Shown: positions 46,346 to 55,906, counted from the first letter of the stretch. The stretch: DNA of 58,110 nt from Spirochaetales bacterium (GCA_036769135.1 DAIPLR010000001.1:13589-71698); one strand, 5' to 3'. A program made the numbers and translations. Notes: generated from the letters alone by a model not told the origin.

Positions 46346-47319
46346 TCGGAACCGTGCTCTGGGGCGCGAACAACGCCTTTCAAATACTGGCGGAGGACGG
46401 CGTCCCCCTGCGCTGCACGCTCAAGAGCAAGCGACTAAAGGGCGCCGAAGGGTTTTATAACCCCCTGGCGGCCGGGGACCTCGTGGCCTACGAACCCGCC
46501 TCCGCGGGCACGGGGACCATCACGGCCTTGGTACCGCGGAAGAGCCTCTTCTGGCGCTACAACGAGAAGGGCAGGGCGACCCAGGCCATAGCCGCCAACA
46601 TGGACCTGGTGGTCTGCGTGACGAGCGCCGGGCTGCCGCCCTTCAGGCCTCGCTTCGTCGACCGCGTGTCGCTCGAGCCGGCCAGCGAAGGCCTTCCCTT
46701 CCTGATCGTCATGAATAAGACCGACCTCGGGCTCGACGAGGAGGCAGAAGGGCGGCTCGCCGACTACCGGCGCATCGGCTTCGAGGTCATGCTCGCCAGC
46801 GCCGAGGAAGGCCGCGGCGTGGCCGAGCTCATGGAGCGCCTGCGCGGCAAGACCGCGGCCTTCGTGGGACAATCGGGGGTGGGCAAGAGCTCCCTCCTCA
46901 ACGCCCTGGAGCCCGGCTTGGGGCTCCGCGTGGGCGAGGTATGCGAAAAATACGAGCGGGGGCGGCACACGACCGTGGCCGCCGTGCTCGTCCCGCTCGC
47001 GGACGGCCGTACGCGGGTGATCGATACGCCGGGCTTCAGGCGCCTGGCGGTCCGGGGCATCGACCCGGCCACGCTCGGCGCCTGCTTCCCGGAGATACGC
47101 GCGCTGGCGGGGGCCTGCGCGCTCGGGGCGCGCTGCGCCCACCTGGACGAGCCCGGCTGCGCCGTGATGCGGGCGGCCGAGGAAGGGCTCGTCCACGAGG
47201 ATAGGTACGAGAGCTACCTGCGTATATACGAGGAGCTCAAGGATACGCGGACCTATGCCAAGAAGGCGGGGCGGCCCCGCCGCGACCACGGAGAAGAAGA
47301 CCTAAGCGACTATGAATGA
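46342..47319 (+). CDS. rsgA: ribosome small-subunit-dependent GTPase A
   Basis: This gene is the 3' part of the artefactual 881-aa track ORF. ATG 46342 (ATGA overlap with murI) gives MIGTVLWGANNAFQIL. The circularly permuted GTPase has MNKTD before GQSGVGKSSL, and a zinc motif C..C.H..EPGC. Confidence 0.9.
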   Translation: MIGTVLWGANNAFQILAEDGVPLRCTLKSKRLKGAEGFYNPLAAGDLVAYEPASAGTGTITALVPRKSLFWRYNEKGRATQAIAANMDLVVCVTSAGLPPFRPRFVDRVSLEPASEGLPFLIVMNKTDLGLDEEAEGRLADYRRIGFEVMLASAEEGRGVAELMERLRGKTAAFVGQSGVGKSSLLNALEPGLGLRVGEVCEKYERGRHTTVAAVLVPLADGRTRVIDTPGFRRLAVRGIDPATLGACFPEIRALAGACALGARCAHLDEPGCAVMRAAEEGLVHEDRYESYLRIYEELKDTRTYAKKAGRPRRDHGEEDLSDYE

Positions 47320-49654
47320 ACATGCCTTAAAGCTCCTCGATTTCCCGCGCATCCGCGAGGCGGTAGCCGGCTACGCCTTAAGCGAGGAGGGCGCCGCCCT
47401 CGTACGCGCCTCGCTCCCCGAAAGCGAACCCGGGGCGGTGGCCGAGCTCAAGGCCCGCTCGGAGGCGGCCAGGCGGCTCTTCCGCGACGGCAAGGCCCCG
47501 CCGAGCTCCCCCTTCGCGCCCATCGATAGCGCCCTCCGCGCCGTCTCCAAGCAAGGCTCCTGCCTAGAGATCGAGGAGCTCTGGGCCTTGGGCATGTGGG
47601 CCGAGGCCTACGCGGGCCTCAGGCGCTGGTTGGCCGAGGCCGAGCACGCCGCGCTCCGCGAAGAACTAGCCGCGGCGCCGGACCTGACGCCGGTAGCCGC
47701 CGTCGCCTTCCGTATCGTCGGGCGCGACGGCCAGCTCAAGGACCTGCCCGAGCTGGCCGAGATACGCTCGCGCGTCGCCCGGCTCCACCAGGATATCGAA
47801 CGCACCACGGCCTCGTTCTTCCAGGACGAGGCCTACAAGGGCATGCTGCAGAGCGACCTCCCGACCCAGCGCGACGGGCGCACGGTGCTCGCCGTCAAGG
47901 CCGGCGCCCGGGCTAGGCTCCGCGGCATCGTGCACGAGGTCTCCGCCACCGGCCAGACCGTCTTCGTCGAGCCAGAGGCCCTGGTGCAGAAGAACAACGA
48001 GCTCGTGGAGGAGGAGGCCCGCTACCAGCGGGAGCTCCTGCGCATACTGCGAGAGGCTACTGCTAAGTTATATAATTATCATGAATCTCTGGCGACGGCT
48101 CGGCCGCTCCTGGCGGGCTTCGACGCGCTCTACGCCCGCGCCCGCTACTCCCACGTAAGCGACGGCGTCTACGCCGAGCCGCGCGAGGCCGGGATAGAGC
48201 TGGTCAAGGCGCGCCACCCCGTGCTCGGGGCCAAGGCCGTGCCCATAGACCTCCGCATGCCCGAGGACGCGCGCGTCCTCATCGTCACCGGCCCGAACAC
48301 CGGCGGCAAGACCGTTTCCTTGAAGACGGCGGGCCTCTTCGCGCTCATGAACCAGTTCGGCCTGGCGCTGCCGGCCGCCTACGGCACCGCCATGCAGGTC
48401 TTCGACGGGGTCTGGGCGGACATAGGCGACGAGCAGAGCATGGACCAGAGCCTGTCGACCTTCTCCGGCCACATGCGCTCCGTCTCGGCCATCGTCGCCG
48501 GCGCTACGTCGAAGAGCCTCGCGCTCCTAGACGAGCTGGGCTCGGGCACCGATCCCGAGGAGGGCTGCGCCATCGCCATGGCCCTCCTCGACCACTTCAT
48601 AGCCTGCGGCGCGCTCACCCTGGTCACCACTCATCACGGCATTCTCAAGAACTTCGGCTACACCAAGGAGGGCGTCCTTAACGCCAGCGTCGATTTCGAC
48701 AAGGATACGCTGTCGCCCACCTACCGCATCGTGATGGGCGTGCCCGGCGAGAGCCGCGCCCTCGATATCGCCGGGAAGAACGGCCTCCCGCCGGCCTTGG
48801 TCGACGGCGCCCGCGCCTACCTGAAGGACGAGCGCAGCGATATCAGCGCCCTTATCCGCGGGCTATCCGATAGGCACCGCGAGCTCGAGCTCATGAAGGC
48901 CGAGGAGAAGAAGCGCCTTCGCGACGCGATGGAGGAGCAGCGCAAGGCCGATTTGAAGGAGCTGAAGCTCAAGCAGCGCGAGGCCGAGCTGCGCGCCCAG
49001 GGCGTGGCCGAGCTCAAGGCCCTCCTGGCCGACAGCCGCAGCATGCTCGAGAACCTGGTGCGCGAGCTCCGCGAGGGCGAGCTGACGCGCGAGAAGACCC
49101 AGGCGGCCAAGGACTTCATGGCCGCGCTCGAGGCCAAGGTGGCCGACGCCGACCGCCAGCTCAAGGCCCAAGAGCGGGAGCTCAAGACCTCGGGTCGGCC
49201 GCCCGCCCAGATCAAGGAAGGCGTCGCGGTCCTCGTACTGCCGGGCCGCCGCCGCGGCAAGGTCATCCGGGCGGCCAAGAAGGGCAAATGGGTGGTCGAG
49301 ACCGACGCCCTGCGCCTTACCGTGGACGAAGCCGACCTCGAGCCGACCTTCGAACTGGCCGCGCCGACGCCTTCCATCAGCATGGAGGCCTCCGCCTCGC
49401 GCGCCAACCGCGCGGTCCTGGAACTGGACCTGCGCGGCTACCGGCTATCCGAGGCGGTGGAGGCCTTGGAGCGCCAGTTGGACGCCGCCATCATGGAGAA
49501 CTTGCACGGCTTTTCGATCATCCACGGCACGGGCGAGGGCGTCCTTCAGCAGGGCGTGCGCGAGACCTTGAAGCGCTACCCCGGCGTCGCCGACTTCCAC
49601 TATGCCAGGCCTGAGGAGGGCGGGCACGGGAAGACCGTGGTCACGCTAGGCTGA
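47312..49654 (+). CDS. mutS2: endonuclease MutS2 (MutS domain + C-terminal Smr)
   Basis: Walker A TGPNTGGKT, DELGSGTDP, a long coiled coil, and a C-terminal Smr domain (LDLRGYRLSEA...IIHGTGEGVL). Confidence 0.95.
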   Translation: MNEHALKLLDFPRIREAVAGYALSEEGAALVRASLPESEPGAVAELKARSEAARRLFRDGKAPPSSPFAPIDSALRAVSKQGSCLEIEELWALGMWAEAYAGLRRWLAEAEHAALREELAAAPDLTPVAAVAFRIVGRDGQLKDLPELAEIRSRVARLHQDIERTTASFFQDEAYKGMLQSDLPTQRDGRTVLAVKAGARARLRGIVHEVSATGQTVFVEPEALVQKNNELVEEEARYQRELLRILREATAKLYNYHESLATARPLLAGFDALYARARYSHVSDGVYAEPREAGIELVKARHPVLGAKAVPIDLRMPEDARVLIVTGPNTGGKTVSLKTAGLFALMNQFGLALPAAYGTAMQVFDGVWADIGDEQSMDQSLSTFSGHMRSVSAIVAGATSKSLALLDELGSGTDPEEGCAIAMALLDHFIACGALTLVTTHHGILKNFGYTKEGVLNASVDFDKDTLSPTYRIVMGVPGESRALDIAGKNGLPPALVDGARAYLKDERSDISALIRGLSDRHRELELMKAEEKKRLRDAMEEQRKADLKELKLKQREAELRAQGVAELKALLADSRSMLENLVRELREGELTREKTQAAKDFMAALEAKVADADRQLKAQERELKTSGRPPAQIKEGVAVLVLPGRRRGKVIRAAKKGKWVVETDALRLTVDEADLEPTFELAAPTPSISMEASASRANRAVLELDLRGYRLSEAVEALERQLDAAIMENLHGFSIIHGTGEGVLQQGVRETLKRYPGVADFHYARPEEGGHGKTVVTLG

Positions 49655-49689
49655 GCGCTCAGGCGGTGCGGCGCGCCGTCGCGGGCCTG

Positions 49690-50841
49690 CTAAGGCGCTC
49701 CCAGGTCCGCCCACTCCACGCCCTCGCCGGCGGGGATGTCCCGCGCCGCCAGGCGGCCGACGATCCCCGGTAACAGGGCCGGCGGCAGGCCCGGCCGAAG
49801 GAGCCTCTCGGTGCGCAGGAGCGCTAGTTTATCGGCCGTCAGCCGCTCGCCTGCCTTGAGCCCGCGAAGGACGTGGACGCTGCGGTTGGTGCGGCCGTAG
49901 TTGGCCCGTTCGCTGGCCGCCAGCTCCTTGCGGCCGTGGCCGAGCGTCGCCTCGATCAGCGCCTCGCCGTAGGTCGAAGCCAGGCGCCCCGGCGTCCCGG
50001 CCGGATCGGCCGCGGCCGCGCGGACGGCCTGGACCATCGCCTTGAAGCCCGCGGGATCGAGGGCTATGGGGTCGTCCAGGCCCGGGTCGTCGCGGGAGAG
50101 GCAGATGTGCTTTTCGACGATGGCCGCGCCTTGGCTGACGGCGAGGGCGGGTACGATGACCGGGTCCGTCGAGTGGTCGGAGACCCCCGTCGCCAGTCCG
50201 AAGAGCGAGGCCAAGGCCGAGAGGACGCGCAGGTTATAGTCCGATTCCGGCGCGGGGTAGGCCGTCACGCAGTGAAGGAGCGCCAAGCCTCCCGAGCCAG
50301 ATTCGTAGGCCGGCCCGGCGGCCCTGAAGGTCGAAACGGCCGCCTCGATATCCCCTAAGGTAGACACGCCGCTTGAGACGATGGTAGGCAAGCCGTACGA
50401 CGCCAGCTCGCCTATGAGCGGCAGGTGGTTGAGCTCCGGGCTCGCCAGCTTCATGGCGGCCACGCCCAGCTCGCGCAGCTCACGGGCGCTCCTAAGGCCG
50501 AAGGGCGTGCAGAGGAAGATGAGCCCCCGTCGTTCGGCCTCGTCCTTCATCGCGGCCAGGAAGCCGGGGCCGGTCTCCAAGGCGCGGAAGCGATCGAACA
50601 GGGGCACGGGCCCGCCGGGCAGGGGGACGAGCCCGGTGTTCGGATGGATGATCTCGTCGGCGTAGACGTGTTGGAATTTGACGCAGTCGGCGCCGGCCGC
50701 CGCGGCCGCCGCGACGAGTTCCCGGCCTTTGGCCAAGCTCCCGCCGTGGCCCGTGCCGATCTCGGCTATGACGAGCGGCGAGGCGCTCGCGTAGGCTTGG
50801 CCGGCGACCTTGAAGGGGGCCGAACGGTGCTCGTTAGTCAT
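49690..50841 (-). CDS. N-acetylneuraminate synthase family enzyme (NeuB/PseI/LegI-type nonulosonic acid synthase) with a C-terminal SAF domain
   Basis: VIAEIGTGHGGSLAKGRELVAAAAAAGADCVKFQ, a TIM-barrel region, and a C-terminal SAF-like segment (VHVLRGLKAGERLTADKLALLR). Confidence 0.88.
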   Translation of the reverse strand: MTNEHRSAPFKVAGQAYASASPLVIAEIGTGHGGSLAKGRELVAAAAAAGADCVKFQHVYADEIIHPNTGLVPLPGGPVPLFDRFRALETGPGFLAAMKDEAERRGLIFLCTPFGLRSARELRELGVAAMKLASPELNHLPLIGELASYGLPTIVSSGVSTLGDIEAAVSTFRAAGPAYESGSGGLALLHCVTAYPAPESDYNLRVLSALASLFGLATGVSDHSTDPVIVPALAVSQGAAIVEKHICLSRDDPGLDDPIALDPAGFKAMVQAVRAAAADPAGTPGRLASTYGEALIEATLGHGRKELAASERANYGRTNRSVHVLRGLKAGERLTADKLALLRTERLLRPGLPPALLPGIVGRLAARDIPAGEGVEWADLGAP

Positions 50842-50960
50842 TGTCGCTCCCTATGCCGCTCGCCCGAAGCTCTCGTCCGGGACCCCGAGCGTTTGATTTA
50901 GCTCGACAAGCCTTTGGCTTTACGCTAGAATTATCGGCAACGAACCGGAGGCGTAGCGCT

Positions 50961-51206
50961 ATGAAGCATCTCTATTGCGACGTGTGCAAAAAAGAGGTAG
51001 TCGATCCGATTACCGACCGGACATACTTCCATATTCGCCAGTTCGATATATGCGAAGGGTGTCGGGACGACTTAGAGGCGGCCGTGAAGTATCAGGTCCG
51101 CTCTAAGAAGCCGTTCGATTTCCTTTGGTACCAGAAACTCCGCCTTGACCTCCTTGAGTCCGGCGTTAAGTCGAATAGGATACCCCAGGCGAGCAAGGCC
51201 CGGTAA
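50961..51206 (+). CDS. small hypothetical protein (81 aa) with CxxC...CxxC
   Basis: An internal ATG at 50961 (GGAG about 10 nt upstream) gives MKHLYCDVCKKEVVDP...FDICEGCRDDLEAAV. A clear terminator follows. Confidence 0.55.
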   Translation: MKHLYCDVCKKEVVDPITDRTYFHIRQFDICEGCRDDLEAAVKYQVRSKKPFDFLWYQKLRLDLLESGVKSNRIPQASKAR

Positions 51207-51228
51207 ACGTTCGGCTTTGATCGCCGTA

Positions 51229-51264
51229 GCCGCCCCCGCGTTCGCTCGCCGGGGCGGCCTTTTT
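51229..51264 (+). terminator. intrinsic terminator
   Basis: GCCGCCCC (51229..51236) pairs with GGGGCGGC (51251..51258), followed by C then TTTTT (51260..51264). Confidence 0.7.
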
Positions 51265-51341
51265 CTGCCCTCCATAAACGCCCGCGCCCGTGCGCGCATT
51301 CCCTGCTATTTTTCGCGCCCTTTCCCGTTTCTTCCATATCG

Positions 51342-51371
51342 TTGACAGTTAAAGCCGACGCGTGCTATGGT
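51342..51371 (+). promoter_or_regulatory. sigma70-type promoter TTGACA-N18-TATGGT upstream of yebC-ruvCAB-queA
   Basis: Perfect -35 TTGACA (51342..51347), an 18-nt spacer, then TATGGT (51366..51371). It lies about 50 nt upstream of the yebC ATG (AAGGAG RBS). Confidence 0.5.
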
Positions 51372-51422
51372 CTTGGCGTTCAAACTCATCGTAACCGCAG
51401 AGTCCGCAGGTAAGGAGCGAAT

Positions 51423-52160
51423 ATGTCAGGGCATAGTAAATGGGCCACGATTAAGCACAAGAAGGGCGCCGCCGACGCGAAGCGCGGCCAGATGTTCACC
51501 AAGCTTATCAAGGAAATCTCCATAGCCGCGCGCATGGGCGGCGGCGACGCCGACTCCAACGCGCGCCTGCGCACCGCCATCCTCAAGGCCCGCGCCGCGA
51601 ACATGCCCAAGGACAATATCGAGCGGGCCATCAAGAAGGGCACCGGCGAGCTCGGCGCCGCCACCTACGAGGAGCTGGTCTACGAAGCCTACGCCCCCGG
51701 CGGCATCGCCGTCCTCATCGAAGTCCTGACCGACAATAAGAACCGCGCCGCCGCCGAGGTACGCAACATCCTCAACAAAGCCGGCGGTTCCCTGGCTACC
51801 TCGAACGCCGTGCTCCGGCTCTTCTCCCGCAAGGGCGTCATCTCCCTGGACGGCGAGAAGTACTCCGAGGACCAGGTGATGGAAGTGGCCCTCGAGGCCG
51901 GCGCGGACGATATCGTCAACGAAGGCGGCGAGATCGTCGTCTATACCTCCCCCGAGGCTTTCGAGGCCGTGCTCAACGCCATCAACGAGAAGGGCATGGA
52001 GACCGACGGCGCCGAGGTGTCCATGGTTCCCGAGAGCTACGTCGATATCGACAAGGACGCCGGCGGCAAGGTCTCCAAGATGATCGACCGCCTGGAGGAG
52101 AACGACGACGTGCAGAACGTCTACCACAACGCCAATCTCCCCGAGGAAGACGAGGAGTAA
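51423..52160 (+). CDS. yebC: YebC/PmpR-family DNA-binding transcriptional regulator
   Basis: MSGHSKWATIKHKKGAADAKRG is the hallmark N-terminus. 245 aa. Confidence 0.95.
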   Translation: MSGHSKWATIKHKKGAADAKRGQMFTKLIKEISIAARMGGGDADSNARLRTAILKARAANMPKDNIERAIKKGTGELGAATYEELVYEAYAPGGIAVLIEVLTDNKNRAAAEVRNILNKAGGSLATSNAVLRLFSRKGVISLDGEKYSEDQVMEVALEAGADDIVNEGGEIVVYTSPEAFEAVLNAINEKGMETDGAEVSMVPESYVDIDKDAGGKVSKMIDRLEENDDVQNVYHNANLPEEDEE

Positions 52161-52162
52161 GC

Positions 52163-52669
52163 GTGCCTTCGGCCCCGGTCCGCGTCATGGGCGTGGACCC
52201 CGGCCTGGCTTCGATAGGATGGGGCGTCGTCGATATAGACGGCGCCCGTCTTTTTTATCGGGGCCACGGCTGCATCGCTACGCCCGCCTCCTTAGCCATG
52301 GAATCCCGCCTCGCCCTGATACGCGACGGGCTATTGGCCGTGGCCGACGAGTACCGCCCGGCCGAGCTGGCCATGGAGGGCCTGTTCTTCTCCCGCAACG
52401 TATCGAGCGCCATGGCCGTAGCCGAGGTTCGCGGCGTCATCCGCCTGGCCTTCCACGATCGCGGGCTATCGGTGGCCGAATACCTGCCCAACGCCGTGAA
52501 GCTGGCGGCGGCCGGTTCGGCCGGCGCTGGGAAAGCCGACGTGCAGGCCTTCGTCAAGCTGGCCCTGGGGCTGGCCGCCGTGCCCAAGCCCGACCACGCC
52601 GCCGACGCCCTGGCGGTGGCCCTCTGCCATTGCCAAAACCGCTCGTGGGCCATGACAGCCCGCGCCTAG
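52163..52669 (+). CDS. ruvC: crossover junction endodeoxyribonuclease RuvC
   Basis: VMGVDPGLASIGWGVVD and a C-terminal DHAADALAVALCH. The start is uncertain: GTG 52163 or ATG 52187. Confidence 0.9.
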   Translation: MPSAPVRVMGVDPGLASIGWGVVDIDGARLFYRGHGCIATPASLAMESRLALIRDGLLAVADEYRPAELAMEGLFFSRNVSSAMAVAEVRGVIRLAFHDRGLSVAEYLPNAVKLAAAGSAGAGKADVQAFVKLALGLAAVPKPDHAADALAVALCHCQNRSWAMTARA

Positions 52670-52690
52670 CCCTGCTATACTTCGCCCTCT

Positions 52691-53299
52691 ATGATAAACG
52701 CCATCCGGGGCGTCCTTACCCACAAGGGCGCCGATACCGTACGGGTCGACAATAACGGCATCGAGTGGGAATTCTCCGTCGCCGGCCGCTCGGTCGACGC
52801 CTTCGGCCGCTTAGGCGAGGAGGCCCGCGTCCTCTGCTGGCTCCTCCATCGCGAAGACCAGATGCGGCTCTACGGCTTCCCGACCGAGGCCGAGCGCGCC
52901 GTCTTCCTTGAGCTCCTCAGCGTGGACGGCATAGGCCCCAAGCAAGCTCAGAAGATCTTGGGCGGCATCGGCGCCGACGAACTTGAGCGAGCCTTAGAGG
53001 GCGAGGACTTGGCCAGGCTCGAGGCGGTGCCGGGCCTGGGCAAGAAGACCGCCCAAAAGCTCGTCTTCGCCCTCAAAGGTAAGCTCCCCCAAGCGGGACT
53101 CGGAGGCCGGAGCCGGCAGGAAGCCGAGGGGCCGCACGAGGACCTCGTACGCGCCTTGGCGGAGCTCGGCTACGACCGGCGCAAGGCCTCGGAGGCGCTC
53201 GCCCGCGCGGCCGCCGATCAGGCCTCGCTGCCGTCCGAACCCGCCGAGCGCGAGCGCGAGCTGTTCCGCAGGGCCATGGTCGCCCTGAGCGGGGCTTAG
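52691..53299 (+). CDS. ruvA: Holliday junction branch migration protein RuvA
   Basis: MINAIRGVL, HhH motifs (LLSVDGIGPKQAQKIL, VPGLGKKTAQKL), and a C-terminal domain III. Confidence 0.93.
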   Translation: MINAIRGVLTHKGADTVRVDNNGIEWEFSVAGRSVDAFGRLGEEARVLCWLLHREDQMRLYGFPTEAERAVFLELLSVDGIGPKQAQKILGGIGADELERALEGEDLARLEAVPGLGKKTAQKLVFALKGKLPQAGLGGRSRQEAEGPHEDLVRALAELGYDRRKASEALARAAADQASLPSEPAERERELFRRAMVALSGA

Positions 53300-53302
53300 G
53301 CC

Positions 53303-54325
53303 ATGCGCGAAGACGGCGTGGTATCGCCCACGATGCTGCCGGGCGAGGATGAGCGCGATAATGCCCTGCGGCCTAAGCTCCTGTCAGAATTCCTAGGGCA
53401 GGCGAGCATCAAAGAGAACCTTTCGATCTTCATCCGGGCGGCCCGCGAGCGCGGCGAGAGCTTGGACCACGTCTTCCTCATAGGACCGCCGGGCCTCGGC
53501 AAGACCACGCTGGCCGGCATCGTGAGCCGCGAACTGGACGCCGACTTCAAGGTGACGAGCGCCCCGGCCCTGGAGAAGCCCAAGGACCTCGCCGGCATCC
53601 TGACCACCCTGGCGCCTCGTACGGTCTTCTTCATCGACGAAATCCATCGCCTAAAGCCGGCCATAGAGGAGATGCTCTACATGGCCATGGAGGACGGCGA
53701 GCTCGACTTCATCGTCGGCCAGGGGCCGAGCGCGCGGACCCTCCGCATACCCCTGCCGCCCTTCACCCTGGTCGGCGCGACGACCCGCGCCGGCATGGTG
53801 GGGAGCCCGCTCATCAGCCGCTTCGGCATCAGCGTCCGGCTAGGCTTCTACGAAAAAGCCGACATGATGGCCATACTCCGCCGTTCGGCCGGTATACTGT
53901 CCGTCGCCCTCAAGGATGACGCCGCTGCGGCCCTGGCCGACGCCGCCCGGGGCACCCCGCGCGTGGCCAACAGGCTCTTACGGCGCATGCGCGACTTCGC
54001 CCAGGTGGACGGCCGCGGCGCGGTGGACGCCGCCGTCGTGGCCAAGGGCCTCTCCATGCTCGAGGTGGACGGCTACGGCCTTGAGCGCCACGATCGCGAA
54101 GTCTTGAAGACGATCATAGAGAAATTCGGCGGCGGCCCGGTCGGCGCCGAGACCCTGGCCGTCTCCACGAACGAGAGCGTGGAGACCCTCGAAGACTACG
54201 TCGAGCCATACCTCATCCAGGCGGGCTTCCTCATGCGCACGCCGCGCGGCCGGGTGGTAACTCCCCTGGCTTATACCCATTTAGGATACGATAGACGCGA
54301 TGAAAACCCAGGATTTCAGTTTTAA
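53303..54325 (+). CDS. ruvB: Holliday junction branch migration DNA helicase RuvB
   Basis: LRPKLLSEFLGQ, Walker A GPPGLGKTTLA, Walker B FIDEIHRL and GTPRVANRLLRR. Confidence 0.97.
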   Translation: MREDGVVSPTMLPGEDERDNALRPKLLSEFLGQASIKENLSIFIRAARERGESLDHVFLIGPPGLGKTTLAGIVSRELDADFKVTSAPALEKPKDLAGILTTLAPRTVFFIDEIHRLKPAIEEMLYMAMEDGELDFIVGQGPSARTLRIPLPPFTLVGATTRAGMVGSPLISRFGISVRLGFYEKADMMAILRRSAGILSVALKDDAAAALADAARGTPRVANRLLRRMRDFAQVDGRGAVDAAVVAKGLSMLEVDGYGLERHDREVLKTIIEKFGGGPVGAETLAVSTNESVETLEDYVEPYLIQAGFLMRTPRGRVVTPLAYTHLGYDRRDENPGFQF

Positions 54326-55316
54326 GCTCCCCGAGGAGCTCATAGCCCAGGAGCCGCCGGCCGAGCGCGGCCTGTCCCGCCTCATGACCCTGGATAGGAG
54401 GAGCGGCGACTACGCCCACCGCATGGTGCGCGAGCTACCCGATATCATAGAGCCGGGCGCGGTCATGGTTTTTAACGACTCTAAGGTCCGGCGCGCTCGG
54501 CTCTTCGCCCAAGGCTCTGGCGGCGGTAAGGTCGAAATCCTCCTCCTCAGGCGCTTAGGCGATAGGCTCTGGGCCTCCCTGACCACGCGCATGGCTAAGC
54601 AGACGCCGGGTAAGACGCTTTCGCTGCCCGAGGGCCTCTCGGCCGAGGTCGTCGAGGCCCGGCCCGACGAGCGCGTGCTCCGCTTCTCGTTCGAGATCGA
54701 CGACGGCTACCTGGAGCGCAACGGCCACCTGCCCTTGCCGCCTTATATAAAGCGGGAGGACAAGCCGGCCGACGCCGAGCGCTACCAAACCGTGTACGCG
54801 CGCGAGCCGGGCTCCGCGGCGGCGCCGACGGCCGGCCTGCATTTCACCCCCGCTATACTCGAGGCGCTCAAGGCCAAAGGCGTCGAGCTGCGCTTCCTCA
54901 CCCTGCACGTGGGGCTGGGAACCTTCATGCCGGTGCGCGCCGAGAATATCGAAGAGCACCGCATGCACGAAGAGGATTTCACGATTCCGGAAGACACGGC
55001 CCGGGCGGTGAACGCGGCGCGCGCCGAGGGGCGGCCGGTCATAGCGGTGGGCACGACGAGCGTGCGGAGCCTGGAGAGCGCCTGGGACGGTAAGGGAGTC
55101 AAGGCCGGCCTTTCGAGCACGAGCATCTTCATGTACCCCGGCTACGAGTTCAAGACCGTAGACGGGCTCTTCACGAATTTCCACACGCCCGAGTCGACGC
55201 TCCTCATGCTGGTGTCGGCCTTCGCCGGCCGCGGCCATATCCTGGCCGCCTACGAGGCGGCCGTGGCCGAGCGCTACCGCTTCTTTAGCTACGGCGACGC
55301 GATGCTGATACGCTGA
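54300..55316 (+). CDS. queA: tRNA preQ1(34) S-adenosylmethionine ribosyltransferase-isomerase QueA
   Basis: FKLPEELIAQEP, PLPPYI, YQTVYA, AAPTAGLHFT, VGTTSVRSLES and FFSYGDAMLI. Confidence 0.95.
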   Translation: MKTQDFSFKLPEELIAQEPPAERGLSRLMTLDRRSGDYAHRMVRELPDIIEPGAVMVFNDSKVRRARLFAQGSGGGKVEILLLRRLGDRLWASLTTRMAKQTPGKTLSLPEGLSAEVVEARPDERVLRFSFEIDDGYLERNGHLPLPPYIKREDKPADAERYQTVYAREPGSAAAPTAGLHFTPAILEALKAKGVELRFLTLHVGLGTFMPVRAENIEEHRMHEEDFTIPEDTARAVNAARAEGRPVIAVGTTSVRSLESAWDGKGVKAGLSSTSIFMYPGYEFKTVDGLFTNFHTPESTLLMLVSAFAGRGHILAAYEAAVAERYRFFSYGDAMLIR

Positions 55317-55331
55317 GCGGCGGCCACCCTG

Positions 55332-55865
55332 TTAGGCGAGGGGGACCACCTTGCCTATGTAGGGCAGGTTGCGGTGGTGCTGGGCGTAGTCGATGCCGCA
55401 GCCGACGACGAACTCGTCGGGTATGGCGAAGCCCACGAAATCGACCGCCACCTGCACCTCGCGACGGCTAGGCTTGTCGAGGAGCGTGCAGATTGCCAGG
55501 CTCTTAGGCTCCCTCAGGCGTAGTATCTGGGTGACTTTTTCCAAGGTGAAGCCTGTGTCGATGATGTCCTCGACGATGAGGACGTCGCGGCCCTTGATGT
55601 CGTCGTCCAGGTCCTTCAGGATGCGCACGTCGCGCGTGGACTGCATGGACGAGCCGTAGCTCGAGGCGGTCATGAAATCTAGGTTCACCGGTAGCTTGAT
55701 GGCGCGGCAGAGATCCGAGAGGAAGACGCAGGAGCCGCGTAGGAGCCCGACGAGGACGAGGCACTCGGTGTCGCGGTAGCGTTCGGTGATCGCCGCGCCC
55801 AGCTCGGCGACGCGGCGGGCCAGATCGGCCTCCGATATCATGATATCGATGCGATAGTCGTTCAT
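55332..55865 (-). CDS. hpt: hypoxanthine phosphoribosyltransferase
   Basis: VLVGLLRGS, the PRPP motif [14 protein letters not shown], and [15 protein letters not shown]. Confidence 0.93.
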   Translation of the reverse strand: MNDYRIDIMISEADLARRVAELGAAITERYRDTECLVLVGLLRGSCVFLSDLCRAIKLPVNLDFMTASSYGSSMQSTRDVRILKDLDDDIKGRDVLIVEDIIDTGFTLEKVTQILRLREPKSLAICTLLDKPSRREVQVAVDFVGFAIPDEFVVGCGIDYAQHHRNLPYIGKVVPLA

Positions 55866-55906
55866 GCGCGCTCCTTGGCCTTCGCGGCCGCGGAGACAGC
55901 CTACCC

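Noticed and set aside
44674-47319. 881-aa plus-strand ORF, the longest in the track.
   Set aside because: It is a composite. Only its last 325 codons (from ATG 46342) are a real gene (rsgA). The upstream part runs antisense through the pentapeptide gene and out of frame through murI, and is Arg/Gly/Pro-rich, as is typical of open off-frames in GC-rich DNA.
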